NCBI GenBank assembly: GCA_044226015.1
Contig: JBGAHS010000001.1
Location: 768,001-832,000 of the forward strand
From: Candidatus Obscuribacteraceae bacterium
Lineage (GTDB): Bacteria; Cyanobacteriota; Vampirovibrionia; Obscuribacterales; Obscuribacteraceae
Direction: 5' to 3'
DNA: 64,000 nt
Numbering within the stretch: position 1 is the stretch's first letter; every line of letters begins with the position of its first letter. Positions 39,995-49,489 of this stretch are shown piece by piece. The translations under genes and the position numbers were made by a program. Under the pieces are notes generated by a model, which made no database searches, was not told the origin of the DNA, and worked only from the letters and a program-made list of their open reading frames with translations.

Positions 39995-41224
39995 CTATTT
40001 CGATTGACTGTCAGAGCCAGCCACTTGATTGTCTTTTGTTTTCTGGGCTTCGGTGCTGGCATCAGTTGCTGGCTCAGATGCACTCGCTTCTTTTGCTGGC
40101 TTTGGTCCATCCGTAGTTATATCGGTGCTGGCCGGAGCTTCGCTTGCTGCTGTAGAACTGGAATTGACCGTTGCCGGTAGTTCGACGTCTTTTACTGCTG
40201 CGCTCTTTCCACCGTCTGTGTTTACGGGATTTTCTGTGTTTTCGCTTTTGCCATTTGCTGTGCCTGAGTTGCTCGATTCGCTCTGGCTTGCTTGAGCCGT
40301 ACTATCTGTCTTGCTGGACTTATCTTTGCTGCTTTCGCCTTCTTTTTCCGCCGTGTCAGTGCTTGCTGTCGCTGGCTGTGGTTTGCCGCTAGCAGCCGCA
40401 AGAACTGACTCCATGTAAGGTTTGAATTCAGCTTCTTTTGCAATCTTTTCGCAAATTTCTTTCACACGAGGGTGTTGCTTGATGTTGCTGATGATCGACC
40501 AGCGAGCGCTGCTAGCAATCATCATTTTTGCAAGATCTTTTGAACCTTGTTTCGACCAGGTCAGAGTGCTGGCAAGTCGTCGTACGTACTTTTCATCACC
40601 GGTAGCGCAGAAACAAGCCCAGAGCATGTCTAGCAAATCTGGAGATTCTATCTCCATTTTGTCAATTTCCTGTGCTGAAGAGTCGATTTGTTTGTGAAAT
40701 TCAGCTTTAGCCTTGTCGGGCAAATTTGCTGCTATGGCATCGAGGACTTCTTTTGACTCCTTAGTGTTTGACCACCACATCGCAGTCAAAACAAGAGTTT
40801 TACTGCTGTTACTTATTGGAGCCAGTTGCAGGTACCAATCGCGGACTTTGCTTGGATTTTGGGCCATCACGCGACTAGCAAAAGCTTGCATCGGTGGTGC
40901 GGCATCGCCCTGAAGAAGACCCTGCTTATCGGCTAAAAGAAGTGCTGCCACTAGTAGGTCTGGTTGAGGGTGCAGATAGTAATAGGTCATCCACCTGTTC
41001 AGTGCGTCGACATTCACCATGTCTTTGAGGTCAACTGGCTTGCTTGCCTCTTTCAAATCAATGCTGTTAGTTGACGTGCTAGTAGCTTTGCTGCCAGCAT
41101 CATCGCTTGCTTTTGAATCATTCTTGCTCTTTTTTGCTAGCGCATCCGGTGCAACGAAAACATTGCCAAAAAGACTCAGAACTACTGCGCCGATGGTTAG
41201 TGAATTAGCTAGTTTCATTTTCAA
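39995..41224 (-). CDS. Secreted hypothetical protein (helical domain plus low-complexity S/T/A/E tail)
   Basis: Signal peptide; globular core (WMTYYYLHP...LDMLWACFCATGD...ARWSI); disordered tail. Confidence 0.7.
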   Translation of the reverse strand: MKMKLANSLTIGAVVLSLFGNVFVAPDALAKKSKNDSKASDDAGSKATSTSTNSIDLKEASKPVDLKDMVNVDALNRWMTYYYLHPQPDLLVAALLLADKQGLLQGDAAPPMQAFASRVMAQNPSKVRDWYLQLAPISNSSKTLVLTAMWWSNTKESKEVLDAIAANLPDKAKAEFHKQIDSSAQEIDKMEIESPDLLDMLWACFCATGDEKYVRRLASTLTWSKQGSKDLAKMMIASSARWSIISNIKQHPRVKEICEKIAKEAEFKPYMESVLAAASGKPQPATASTDTAEKEGESSKDKSSKTDSTAQASQSESSNSGTANGKSENTENPVNTDGGKSAAVKDVELPATVNSSSTAASEAPASTDITTDGPKPAKEASASEPATDASTEAQKTKDNQVAGSDSQSK

Positions 41225-41252
41225 CCTTCTGTTTTGCCGAATTAAATACGCG

Positions 41253-42638
41253 TTACGCCTTGGAGGATACCGAAGAATTCATTGCCTCCATTTTCTCTAA
41301 GTCTCTGTCTGGATGCTGGAAAAGGAAAACCAGTAGAGCGGAGCCAAAACTAAATGCAGCCAGCAACAAAATTCCAGAATTGAAGTTTCCAGTTGTTTGC
41401 GAGAGCCACCCTGTCAGTGCTGGAGCTGCGATGCCCGCTATTGCAAGATACGAATCCATGAGCCCCAGGCTGGTTGCGGCGCGGTCTTTTGCCAGGTCTG
41501 AGTTTAGAGCGTAGTATGCAGCATTTGGTGATAGCCCAAAGCCCAGTCCTAGCGACATAAACAAAATGACCATCTCCAGCGATCGCATCTGAGTGACAAC
41601 TATGAAGCAAACGGCAGAAAGCATTTGTGTTACCCAGATGATGTGTGTTCTGGATTTACGAATGCTCTTTGTTGTTCTGTATAAGTGATCTGAAACCGCG
41701 CCGGAAATTGCGACGAAGATCGCTGCAGTGAGCCATGGTGCGATGAGATAAATGCCTACTTCCTTTACCTTCATATGATAGGTTTGCTCAAGGAAACCTG
41801 GCAGCCAAATGGTTGCAAAAAACAGCAGATAACCGAAAGCAAAGAAAGAAAAATTGTTGGTCACCAGTGATGGGTTGAACAACAAAAACTTCCAGGTGGT
41901 GGCACCTACCGACAGGCTGTGCTTCCTGATTTCAGCATCGCTTCCATGCACCATTGGTGCCTGTCCGTCGTGAATGAAATCCAGTTCTTGCTGGGAAACA
42001 TGTTTACTATTTTGTGGATAATCTCTAAACATCATCCACCAGAAAACTGACCAGACCACGCCGAACGAGGCGAGTACAACAAACATTGCTCTCCAACCGA
42101 GCGAGACTATCAAATTCGAAATCAGCGGCGCGCCAATTACTGAAGCAAGTGGAACCGCCGCCAGGCATATCGCAGACGAACGTGCTCGTTCTGTTATCGG
42201 CAACCAGTCGGTCACTGCCCGAGTCATGGCTGGAAAACAAGGTCCCTCTGTTATTCCCAGCATTACCCGCAGTGCAATTAGATGACCATAGCCTGTCACT
42301 GCTGCAAGCAGTCCGGTGCAAATTGACCAGGTTAATGCTGCACCTGTCCAACATTTTCTAGCGCCCCAGGCATCTACCATCATGCCGCCACCCAGCGTCA
42401 TCACTGCGTAGCCGATTGCGAATGCAGAGCCAAGCAGTCCGAAATCAGTGTTTGATAAATGGAAAGTTTCTTTCAGTGGTGTCACAGCGTAAGAAATCGC
42501 TGTTCTATCCATGTAGTTGATAACGATAATAATGAAACTTAGTGCCACCACTGTCCATCTGTAGCTGGTCATTCCATTCGGGCGTACTGCTGCTGGTTTC
42601 GGCTCGATTGCCTGCTCTTCAGGCTTAATTGTGTCCAT
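41253..42638 (-). CDS. MFS transporter, anion:cation symporter (ACS)-like
   Basis: INYMDRTAIS, RVMLGITEGPCFP, WLPITERAR, WRAMF, WLP; 12-TM pattern. ATG 42638 preferred over track 42743. Confidence 0.9.
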   Translation of the reverse strand: MDTIKPEEQAIEPKPAAVRPNGMTSYRWTVVALSFIIIVINYMDRTAISYAVTPLKETFHLSNTDFGLLGSAFAIGYAVMTLGGGMMVDAWGARKCWTGAALTWSICTGLLAAVTGYGHLIALRVMLGITEGPCFPAMTRAVTDWLPITERARSSAICLAAVPLASVIGAPLISNLIVSLGWRAMFVVLASFGVVWSVFWWMMFRDYPQNSKHVSQQELDFIHDGQAPMVHGSDAEIRKHSLSVGATTWKFLLFNPSLVTNNFSFFAFGYLLFFATIWLPGFLEQTYHMKVKEVGIYLIAPWLTAAIFVAISGAVSDHLYRTTKSIRKSRTHIIWVTQMLSAVCFIVVTQMRSLEMVILFMSLGLGFGLSPNAAYYALNSDLAKDRAATSLGLMDSYLAIAGIAAPALTGWLSQTTGNFNSGILLLAAFSFGSALLVFLFQHPDRDLEKMEAMNSSVSSKA

Positions 42639-42794
42639 CGTAATTAAATGACCTTTTGTCGCGCGAGAATGGCGGCTCTTTACAAGTGCGCCGGCGGCTT
42701 TCGTTGCCCCGCAAGTAATTGTAGAGAAGTTTGGGAGGCACAAAAATGGGGAACTACTAATTTAGAGATAACTACTTTGTCAAGAGATTTGCAT

Positions 42795-42947
42795 ATGGAC
42801 ATCAAGGATCTGAAAAGAGCCGGTTTACTGGTCATGCTCGCTATGCTCATAGGCAGCGCGCCTCAGTGGTTAAATCCTGCAAATCAGCATGCTTCTAACT
42901 ACGATGCCCCCTGGGTCTACCCAGCGTTAGAACCACAAAGTCACTAG
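42795..42947 (+). CDS. Putative 50-aa exported or membrane peptide
   Basis: MDIKDLKRAGLLVMLAMLIGSAPQW...: basic N-terminus plus hydrophobic core; fills the intergenic gap. Confidence 0.45.
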   Translation: MDIKDLKRAGLLVMLAMLIGSAPQWLNPANQHASNYDAPWVYPALEPQSH

Positions 42948-43012
42948 CAACAGCTTCTAGAATTTGAGTTCGAACATTGTTATCATGCGCTTTCGTCACG
43001 CGGAGAAAGCCC

Positions 43013-44110
43013 ATGGTTGGTTCAACGTCCAGCAGTATCGACCCAATCAATCTATTTGAATTTGAAGAACGTGCGCGCGAAGTTATCGCGAAAATGGCGT
43101 ACGACTATTACTCTTCAGGCGCCAATGACGAAATTACTCTGCGCGAAAATCGCCAGGCTTATGAACGTATTGTCATTTATCCCAGAATGTTGCGCGATGT
43201 AAGTGGACGCAGCATCGTAGGGGCGGCTCTGGGGCAGCAGATTCAAATGCCAATTATGATCGCTCCCATGGCATTCCATAAGTTGGCTCATCCAGATGGA
43301 GAATTGGCAAGCGTAAGAGCTGCATCCAGAGCCGGAACCATTATGGTACTCAGTACGCTTTCGACTTGTTCGATTGAAGAAGTTGCTGCCGAGGCAAATG
43401 GCAATCTCTGGTTTCAGCTCTATGTATACAAAGATAGAGAATTGACTGCTTCGCTTGTTCAGCGGGCAGAAGCTGCTGGCTGTAAGGCTCTGGTTTTCAC
43501 GGTGGACTCGCCGCTTCTTGGGCGGAGAGAACGAGACATCAGGAATGCCTTGCACTTGCCTGAGGGTATTAGCGCTGCCAATCTTTTGTCGGCGGGTGCT
43601 GGCACGGTTCCAGGACGCAGCGGTGAGTCAGGGCTAGCCGCTTACATTCATTCTCTCTACGATCAAAGTCTGAGTTGGAAAGATGTTGAATGGTTGCGAA
43701 GTATAAGCAAGCTACCGGTTCTGGTGAAAGGTATTCTACGAGCTGATGATGCGGAACTTGCTGTGCAGCATGGGGCTTCAGGAGTCATTGTCTCAAATCA
43801 CGGTGGGCGGCAGCTTGATACCGCTCCTGCTACCATTTCGGTTCTGGAAAAAGTTGCTAATGCTGTTGCTGGTCGGGTTGAAGTTTTTGTTGATGGCGGT
43901 ATAAGACGGGGCACCGATGTGCTGAAAGCGATAGCTTTAGGTGCTCAAGGTGTATTTGTGGGGCGCCCTGTTCTGTGGGGACTTGGCTCAGCAGGAGAAG
44001 CTGGAGTGCTATCTGTGCTGAACCTCTTAAAAGAGGAATTTGATCTCGCCATGGCTTTGAGTGGCTGCAAAAGCCTCGATGAAGTAAACGCAAGTTTATT
44101 GTCACCCTGA
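43013..44110 (+). CDS. FMN-dependent alpha-hydroxy-acid oxidase/dehydrogenase (glycolate/lactate oxidase family)
   Basis: YDYYSSGA, WFQLY, TVDSP..GRRERD, SNHGGRQLD, DGGIRRGTDVLKA, GRP. Confidence 0.93.
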   Translation: MVGSTSSSIDPINLFEFEERAREVIAKMAYDYYSSGANDEITLRENRQAYERIVIYPRMLRDVSGRSIVGAALGQQIQMPIMIAPMAFHKLAHPDGELASVRAASRAGTIMVLSTLSTCSIEEVAAEANGNLWFQLYVYKDRELTASLVQRAEAAGCKALVFTVDSPLLGRRERDIRNALHLPEGISAANLLSAGAGTVPGRSGESGLAAYIHSLYDQSLSWKDVEWLRSISKLPVLVKGILRADDAELAVQHGASGVIVSNHGGRQLDTAPATISVLEKVANAVAGRVEVFVDGGIRRGTDVLKAIALGAQGVFVGRPVLWGLGSAGEAGVLSVLNLLKEEFDLAMALSGCKSLDEVNASLLSP

Positions 44111-44160
44111 GGGATGCTCAATTCGCTGCTCAAAATTACTCGATGCTGTTGCCCGCTTGC

Positions 44161-45303
44161 CTATGATTTGCTGAAGCTTATGCCAGGATAGTAAGTGCTC
44201 AGTATTTTTTTGTATGTGAACTTGGCTTTGGACATACCGCTGGCGCCCCATTGGCAAAGCCCTACACCATGCCCTGCGCCGCGCGAGCTGATGCTGACTT
44301 CTGGTCCCTTTCTTTTTACTACAAATCTGGTGCCTGGTGCCTTATCCCATCCAAGTTTTTGTCCGAGTCGAAGCCAGTAAGCGTAGGCGCGTTCTTCTCT
44401 GCCATCTTGATAGCGCAAAATCAATGGACGACCAAACGCATCACGTGCCGAGATCTCTGGAATTTCCCTGCCCATTGCCTTGCTGAAAACTGTGTTGGGC
44501 ACATGTGAAACGGTTTCTCTCCAGAAGCTAGATGCTCGGCAAAATTGACAGGGGACGCCTTTGTCATACTCTGCGGGGGGGGCTTTTCCTGTGAAATAGG
44601 CACTGCTAGTGGTGCCACCAGCGCAAGAGGAATGAAAGAACAACGTTGGTACTTTGCCCTTATAACGTATGGTTTCGCCCCAGGTTGATTCAACTGCGGT
44701 TTTAACTGTAGGTCTAACAAAGTCTTTGCCAAGGTACGCCTGTTTTTCGGTACTGTCGTTGAGTTGGTCGCCTAACTTATAGCGCAGCATTGCTGTTTGA
44801 ACAATGACAGATTGTGCTTTCAGCGCTTCAAGTGGAGCCTCCGGAAGCGTTTCGCTGCCTACAACTGATTCTACATAATCTCTCATTGACACAAGGTTGT
44901 AGCACGATAGCTCACCTGCATTTCTTCTTATTATGATTTTTCCATGGTATCGTCTCATGGCATTTTTTGATGCACCCATGGACAGGGAATTGCCTTGTGC
45001 AATCAATGTAATCTTGTCTGCATTTAGCAGCCGTTTGGCTGAGCCTTGCATAGAATTGCAAATGACAAATACGCTTTTGTCTGAAGCTATTGAGTTCAGT
45101 CCTGGTGCAAGCCTTTCCTTTGTTCCGCCAAATTCTAGAAAGCATGGTCCTGCTACAAGAAGCTCTTTGTAGCCATGATGCGAGTAGAAGAGTTCAACGA
45201 GAACTTCCTTCTCTTTTGAATGAGCAGGCAAAGAGCAGCAAAAAAATGTCAATGTGACAGGAAGAATTAGAGCCAGTGGCTTTGATGACAAAACTTGGCG
45301 CAT
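44161..45303 (-). CDS. SpoIID/LytB domain protein (lytic transglycosylase-like)
   Basis: YVESVVGSE, EALKAQ, FFHSSCAGGT, GAGHGVGLCQWGA, ILSTYYPG. Confidence 0.9.
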   Translation of the reverse strand: MRQVLSSKPLALILPVTLTFFCCSLPAHSKEKEVLVELFYSHHGYKELLVAGPCFLEFGGTKERLAPGLNSIASDKSVFVICNSMQGSAKRLLNADKITLIAQGNSLSMGASKNAMRRYHGKIIIRRNAGELSCYNLVSMRDYVESVVGSETLPEAPLEALKAQSVIVQTAMLRYKLGDQLNDSTEKQAYLGKDFVRPTVKTAVESTWGETIRYKGKVPTLFFHSSCAGGTTSSAYFTGKAPPAEYDKGVPCQFCRASSFWRETVSHVPNTVFSKAMGREIPEISARDAFGRPLILRYQDGREERAYAYWLRLGQKLGWDKAPGTRFVVKRKGPEVSISSRGAGHGVGLCQWGASGMSKAKFTYKKILSTYYPGISFSKS

Positions 45304-45344
45304 GCTCTATACTCAGCTCGCTTAAGCTTTTGCAGGAAAGTGCT

Positions 45345-46184
45345 GTGACGGAACTGTCCTTGAGTATAACACTCCTGCTAACTTCGTTTCTTGTAGGAAT
45401 ATTAGGTGCGATGTCAGGCTTGGGTGGGGGCTCCATTTTGACTCCCATTCTCTTCCTCTTTCTGGGAGTTGATTTGCGTTATGCGATGGGAACGTCGCTC
45501 GTAGCGGCGATTGCGACTTCCTCCGGTGCAGCAGCAGCCTATGTAAGGGAAGGATTTACCAATTTGCGAATTGGAATGTTCCTCGAGGTTGCCACTAGCG
45601 GTGGTGCTATCTTGGGGGCGTTTGCCGCTCCGTTCGTTCCAAAATCCTGGCTTTGTTTCATATTCTCCCTGGTCTTGTTTCAATCTGCCTGGTCAGCTCT
45701 AAGTGCTCGAGCTGAGCGATCTGACGATAATGCAAAGCCTGATGCGCTAGCCGCGAAGTTAAATCTGGATGGACACTATCCTGTTGCGGGAAAAATGGTC
45801 AACTACAAAGTTCATCGCGTCTTGCCCGGGTTCTTTGTCATGTTGCTGGCCGGCGTAAGCTCTGGTCTCTTGGGAATTGGCTCTGGACCCTTGAAGGTGC
45901 TTGCGATGGATCAACTCATGCGTTTGCCTTTTAAAGTTTCCACTACGACTAGTAATTTCATGATTGGAGTAACCGCGGCTGCAAGTGCCGGCGTTTATCT
46001 AAACCGGGGGTATGTCGACCCGGTTCTTTCCGCGCCTGTGATGATAGGCATGGTAGCAGGTTCTATGTTCGGAGCGCGAATCTTGCCGAAAATGAAGACC
46101 GAAAGTTTGCGCAAAATTTTTGCTGTTTTGATCATTCTTATTGGCGTTCAGATGTTATACAAAGGTCTGGGTGGAACCTTATGA
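45345..46184 (+). CDS. TauE/SafE (TSUP) family exporter
   Basis: GLGGGSILTP, GLLGIGSG, TTSNFMIGVTA; GTG 45345 preferred over track 45276. Confidence 0.88.
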   Translation: MTELSLSITLLLTSFLVGILGAMSGLGGGSILTPILFLFLGVDLRYAMGTSLVAAIATSSGAAAAYVREGFTNLRIGMFLEVATSGGAILGAFAAPFVPKSWLCFIFSLVLFQSAWSALSARAERSDDNAKPDALAAKLNLDGHYPVAGKMVNYKVHRVLPGFFVMLLAGVSSGLLGIGSGPLKVLAMDQLMRLPFKVSTTTSNFMIGVTAAASAGVYLNRGYVDPVLSAPVMIGMVAGSMFGARILPKMKTESLRKIFAVLIILIGVQMLYKGLGGTL

Positions 46185-46576
46185 AAAACGAGAAGCTAAC
46201 TGGAAACTCAGGAAATTCTGCCAGCAAATTGAATTTGTATATCTCTACGCTTTTGTTTGCAGGGTTGATTCTGTCTTTAGTTGTGGTGTTTGGCGGCGAA
46301 GTGCTTTCTCTGCTGAAACATGCTTCTGACCCAGTTCACTATCACATTTTTAGTGGTGAGCCGAAGAGCATGGAGAGTATCAGTGCAATAGTAAGAGACA
46401 GCTTGTCGGGAGACGCAAAAGGAATAATGCAATTAGGCGTTATTATTTTGATGGGAACTCCAATAGCTCGGGTGCTGGCGTCTCTCCTGGCTTTTGCCTA
46501 TGAGCGTGACGGGCAATATGTCGCGATAAGTGCGCTAGTGCTAGCCTCGCTTTTTTATTCCTTGTTTTTGTCGTAA
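46181..46576 (+). CDS. DUF1634 membrane protein
   Basis: MQLGVIILMGTPIARV...ERD motif; ATGA overlap with the TauE gene, its usual partner. Confidence 0.8.
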   Translation: MKNEKLTGNSGNSASKLNLYISTLLFAGLILSLVVVFGGEVLSLLKHASDPVHYHIFSGEPKSMESISAIVRDSLSGDAKGIMQLGVIILMGTPIARVLASLLAFAYERDGQYVAISALVLASLFYSLFLS

Positions 46577-46627
46577 GGCGACAACAGGTCGGACCATCAC
46601 ACAAGCGCTGCTGCTATAGTATTAGCC

Positions 46628-48382
46628 GTGAAACAGATGCGATTAGCAAACATCATTTCGTTCGACCCAGCCGAGTCGCATAAAACTGCGATGCTTCGGG
46701 CGGCATTTATTGGCATGGTGGCAGGTATTTCCGGGTTGTCATTGGAGTGGGGTGCTTTTTATCTGAGTCAGTGGCGCTTGTCTGCCTGTAACATTTACCC
46801 AGCGTGGATTGTGCTGCCAGCCGCCGGGCTTATCGGCGGACTGACATCGGGTTATCTAGTTCAACGTTATTCGCCGACCGCCTATGGAAGTGGCATTCCG
46901 CAGGTACGCGCGTATTTACTCGGCGCAAATCAACCACTGGCTTTGCGCCTTGCTGTGGTGAAATTAATTGCGGGCAGCATCGCTCTGGGTTCAGGACTTG
47001 TTCTGGGTCGAGAGGGTCCAACGGTTCACGTGGGCGCTGCGATGGCAGCAGAAGTAAATAAATGGTTCCCTGCAAACAAGATTCATCAAAAACAGCTCGT
47101 TGCAGCCGGGGCTGGGGCTGGACTTGCTGCCGCATTCAATGCACCAATGGCTGGAGTGTTGTTTGTTGCTGAGGAATTGTTGAAGGACGTTTCTAACTCA
47201 ACGATAGGAACTGCCATTCTTGCCTGTTTCGTGGCATCAGCCTTCACACATATTCTTAATGCGCCTCACACGAGCACAGCAGAACAGATTCGAGCGCTCG
47301 ATATGCAATTCAACTGGATAGATTGCGTTTTCTGGGTCGTTCTCGGCATCTTCGCTGGGGGCGCCGGCACATTATTCAATTATGGAGTCTTGTTTTTTCT
47401 AAAACAATATCGACGCTTGCCGAAAATTCCTGTGGCACTGCGAGTTGGTTTTGCAGGACTGATCTCCGGCGCTATACTCGCGGCGATGCCGCGTCCAGAC
47501 CATTTTCGTAGTTATTCGACGTTAACAGACTTGATAATAACCGGTCATACAGACTGGACTACTGCCCTTGCTGCTTTCGTTGCGTTCTTCTTTCTTTCAT
47601 TGCTGGCGTATGGATCTGGAGCCCCTGGTGGGCTTTTCGCTCCATCATTACTTCTGGGAGCTTCTCTTGGCTCACTGGTCTCTTACCTGGAGGGCTGGTT
47701 AGTTGGTTCGAGTTCTGAGCCGACAATGGCGATGATAGGCATGGGTGCGTTTTTTGCAGCTGTGGCTCGAGTGCCTATAACTGCAGTGGTAATTATTTCG
47801 GAGATAACGCATCACTATAATTTAGTGCCACCACTTATGGTAGTAACCGCTGTGGCTAGTTTTGTGGGGTCGAGGATTGAAAAGGGCTCTGTATATGACA
47901 TGTTGCGGGAATATAGCGGTCTTGATGAAGAAGTACGCAAGTTAAGGGAAGTGGAAAAGCAGCCAACTGCTGCAATGTTGATGAAGCCTGTTTTGACCAG
48001 TCTGGCACTAGATAGTTCGCATGATGATTTGCTGCTTGCCGTGAGAAACCTCAAGCTATCTGGTTTACCCATCGTTGAGAATGGAAAGTTTATTGGTTTC
48101 GTAGAAACGACTCTTTTGATGAAGAATGCACACATAGCTCTTCCCTCTGATGTTAATTTGAAAGACCTGTTAGCCTCTGAGAACTTCTCTGTGCTTCCAT
48201 CCACACGCCTGGAAGAAGTGCAGGCAATTTTTGAAAAGTCGCCTTGTAACACCATTGCAGTGATTGAAAACGAGCAGCTAATTGGGTTGATACATCGCGA
48301 AGATCTCGAATATGCTCTTTCTAGCTTGCTAGAGCGTACTGAGATGAACCTTGAGCCGATAGCTCTTCCGCCTGAAAGTTAA
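46628..48382 (+). CDS. clcA: ClC H+/Cl- antiporter with CBS pair
   Basis: GSGIP, GREGP (gating Glu), LFVAEE (proton Glu), GLFAP, SVY; C-terminal CBS domains. Confidence 0.9.
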   Translation: MKQMRLANIISFDPAESHKTAMLRAAFIGMVAGISGLSLEWGAFYLSQWRLSACNIYPAWIVLPAAGLIGGLTSGYLVQRYSPTAYGSGIPQVRAYLLGANQPLALRLAVVKLIAGSIALGSGLVLGREGPTVHVGAAMAAEVNKWFPANKIHQKQLVAAGAGAGLAAAFNAPMAGVLFVAEELLKDVSNSTIGTAILACFVASAFTHILNAPHTSTAEQIRALDMQFNWIDCVFWVVLGIFAGGAGTLFNYGVLFFLKQYRRLPKIPVALRVGFAGLISGAILAAMPRPDHFRSYSTLTDLIITGHTDWTTALAAFVAFFFLSLLAYGSGAPGGLFAPSLLLGASLGSLVSYLEGWLVGSSSEPTMAMIGMGAFFAAVARVPITAVVIISEITHHYNLVPPLMVVTAVASFVGSRIEKGSVYDMLREYSGLDEEVRKLREVEKQPTAAMLMKPVLTSLALDSSHDDLLLAVRNLKLSGLPIVENGKFIGFVETTLLMKNAHIALPSDVNLKDLLASENFSVLPSTRLEEVQAIFEKSPCNTIAVIENEQLIGLIHREDLEYALSSLLERTEMNLEPIALPPES

Positions 48383-48466
48383 AAGGATGCTAAGCTTTTC
48401 TGTGCTGTTTTGTCGCTTAAAGTAGCCCTCGGATGGGCATAAACAGATGCGTAAGGAGCATCGCCC

Positions 48467-49087
48467 ATGTCACATTTTAAGGATTTTCGGCCCAGTCGTA
48501 GTGCCTCAGAACCCGATTTGTCCGCCACTGTGCCGGATATTTTAGCTCCTGCAATGAGTAACCGTGCAGTTCCATCAGAGTGCACTGAGATATTCCTGTT
48601 TCCTTCTGGACTCCTGAATTTTCCAGGCTCCTGGGAAAAAATTGAGCACGGTGAAGGGTCAATGCTCCTGAAATACGCCGATAATTCTGCTGTGTGTTAT
48701 CGCGAAAAATATGGGCTGACGGCTTTGTTAGAAGTCGGTGGCAAAATTCCTGGTGAACGCGCTTCCATAATGTTGAAGAGGCATGCCGCTGCAGGACCAC
48801 GCATTCTCAAAGATTTTGAAATATCTGCATTGGATGCTTCGCTTAGTGCCTCCAATCCCGCAGTGGCTCAAGAACCGCTTACGGGTAGCTTCGAGGAGTT
48901 GAGCGGCAGGCTCATTCTTGTGTTGCAGCGTGAATTGAGCCAAATTCGAATGATAGAAGCCCAAATCGTTTACCCGCTGGAGAACGGAGATGACTTCGCG
49001 CAGTTTCGATTGCGTGCGGTTAAACCCGAGTTTCCCTTTTATTTCGATTTGCTGCGCTCTGCCCTAAGAACTATTGTTTGGTCCTAG
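48467..49087 (+). CDS. Hypothetical protein
   Basis: 206-aa ORF with AAGGAG RBS; no family recognised. Confidence 0.6.
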   Translation: MSHFKDFRPSRSASEPDLSATVPDILAPAMSNRAVPSECTEIFLFPSGLLNFPGSWEKIEHGEGSMLLKYADNSAVCYREKYGLTALLEVGGKIPGERASIMLKRHAAAGPRILKDFEISALDASLSASNPAVAQEPLTGSFEELSGRLILVLQRELSQIRMIEAQIVYPLENGDDFAQFRLRAVKPEFPFYFDLLRSALRTIVWS

Positions 49088-49283
49088 CTTGAGCTAAGCT
49101 TACTCGTTGCTTGAATGAGGTTTCGTTAGTAGGTGATATTGTGGTATCAAATCTGGTGCAAATCGCCTTCTTGCAGAGTATGAGTATTTTTTCCAGTGAA
49201 CTTGGAGTCGAGCAAAGCATAGTGATCGACAACAACCCACTTATAATGTAATTTGTTCTTGTAACTGCTTGTCATCGGGCGCC

Positions 49284-49412
49284 TTGGAAACAACTTCTAT
49301 TGATTTTATTTGGGAACTCGCCGTGGTGCTACTAGCCACGGGACTTCTCCTCTGGTTTATTCTGGTTTTTGTTCCGCAACACATTGAAGAAATTCGGCGC
49401 CCAAAAGACTAG
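49284..49412 (+). CDS. Putative 42-aa single-pass membrane protein (below ORF-track cutoff)
   Basis: TTG..TAG encodes METTSIDFIWELAVVLLATGLLLWFILVFVPQHIEEIRRPKD; TATAAT at 49242-49247. Confidence 0.55.
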   Translation: METTSIDFIWELAVVLLATGLLLWFILVFVPQHIEEIRRPKD

Positions 49413-49489
49413 CTTTGCTGCTCGTGTTAATGCTAAGTCTGTCTGATCGAGTATGATCTCCCTCACTAATCCTATTGCAGGGGGTTTTC

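Noticed and set aside
46628..48382. ClC as a fluoride-specific or uncoupled channel variant
   Set aside because: GSGIP, GREGP, the proton Glu and the central Tyr are all canonical for a Cl-/H+ antiporter.
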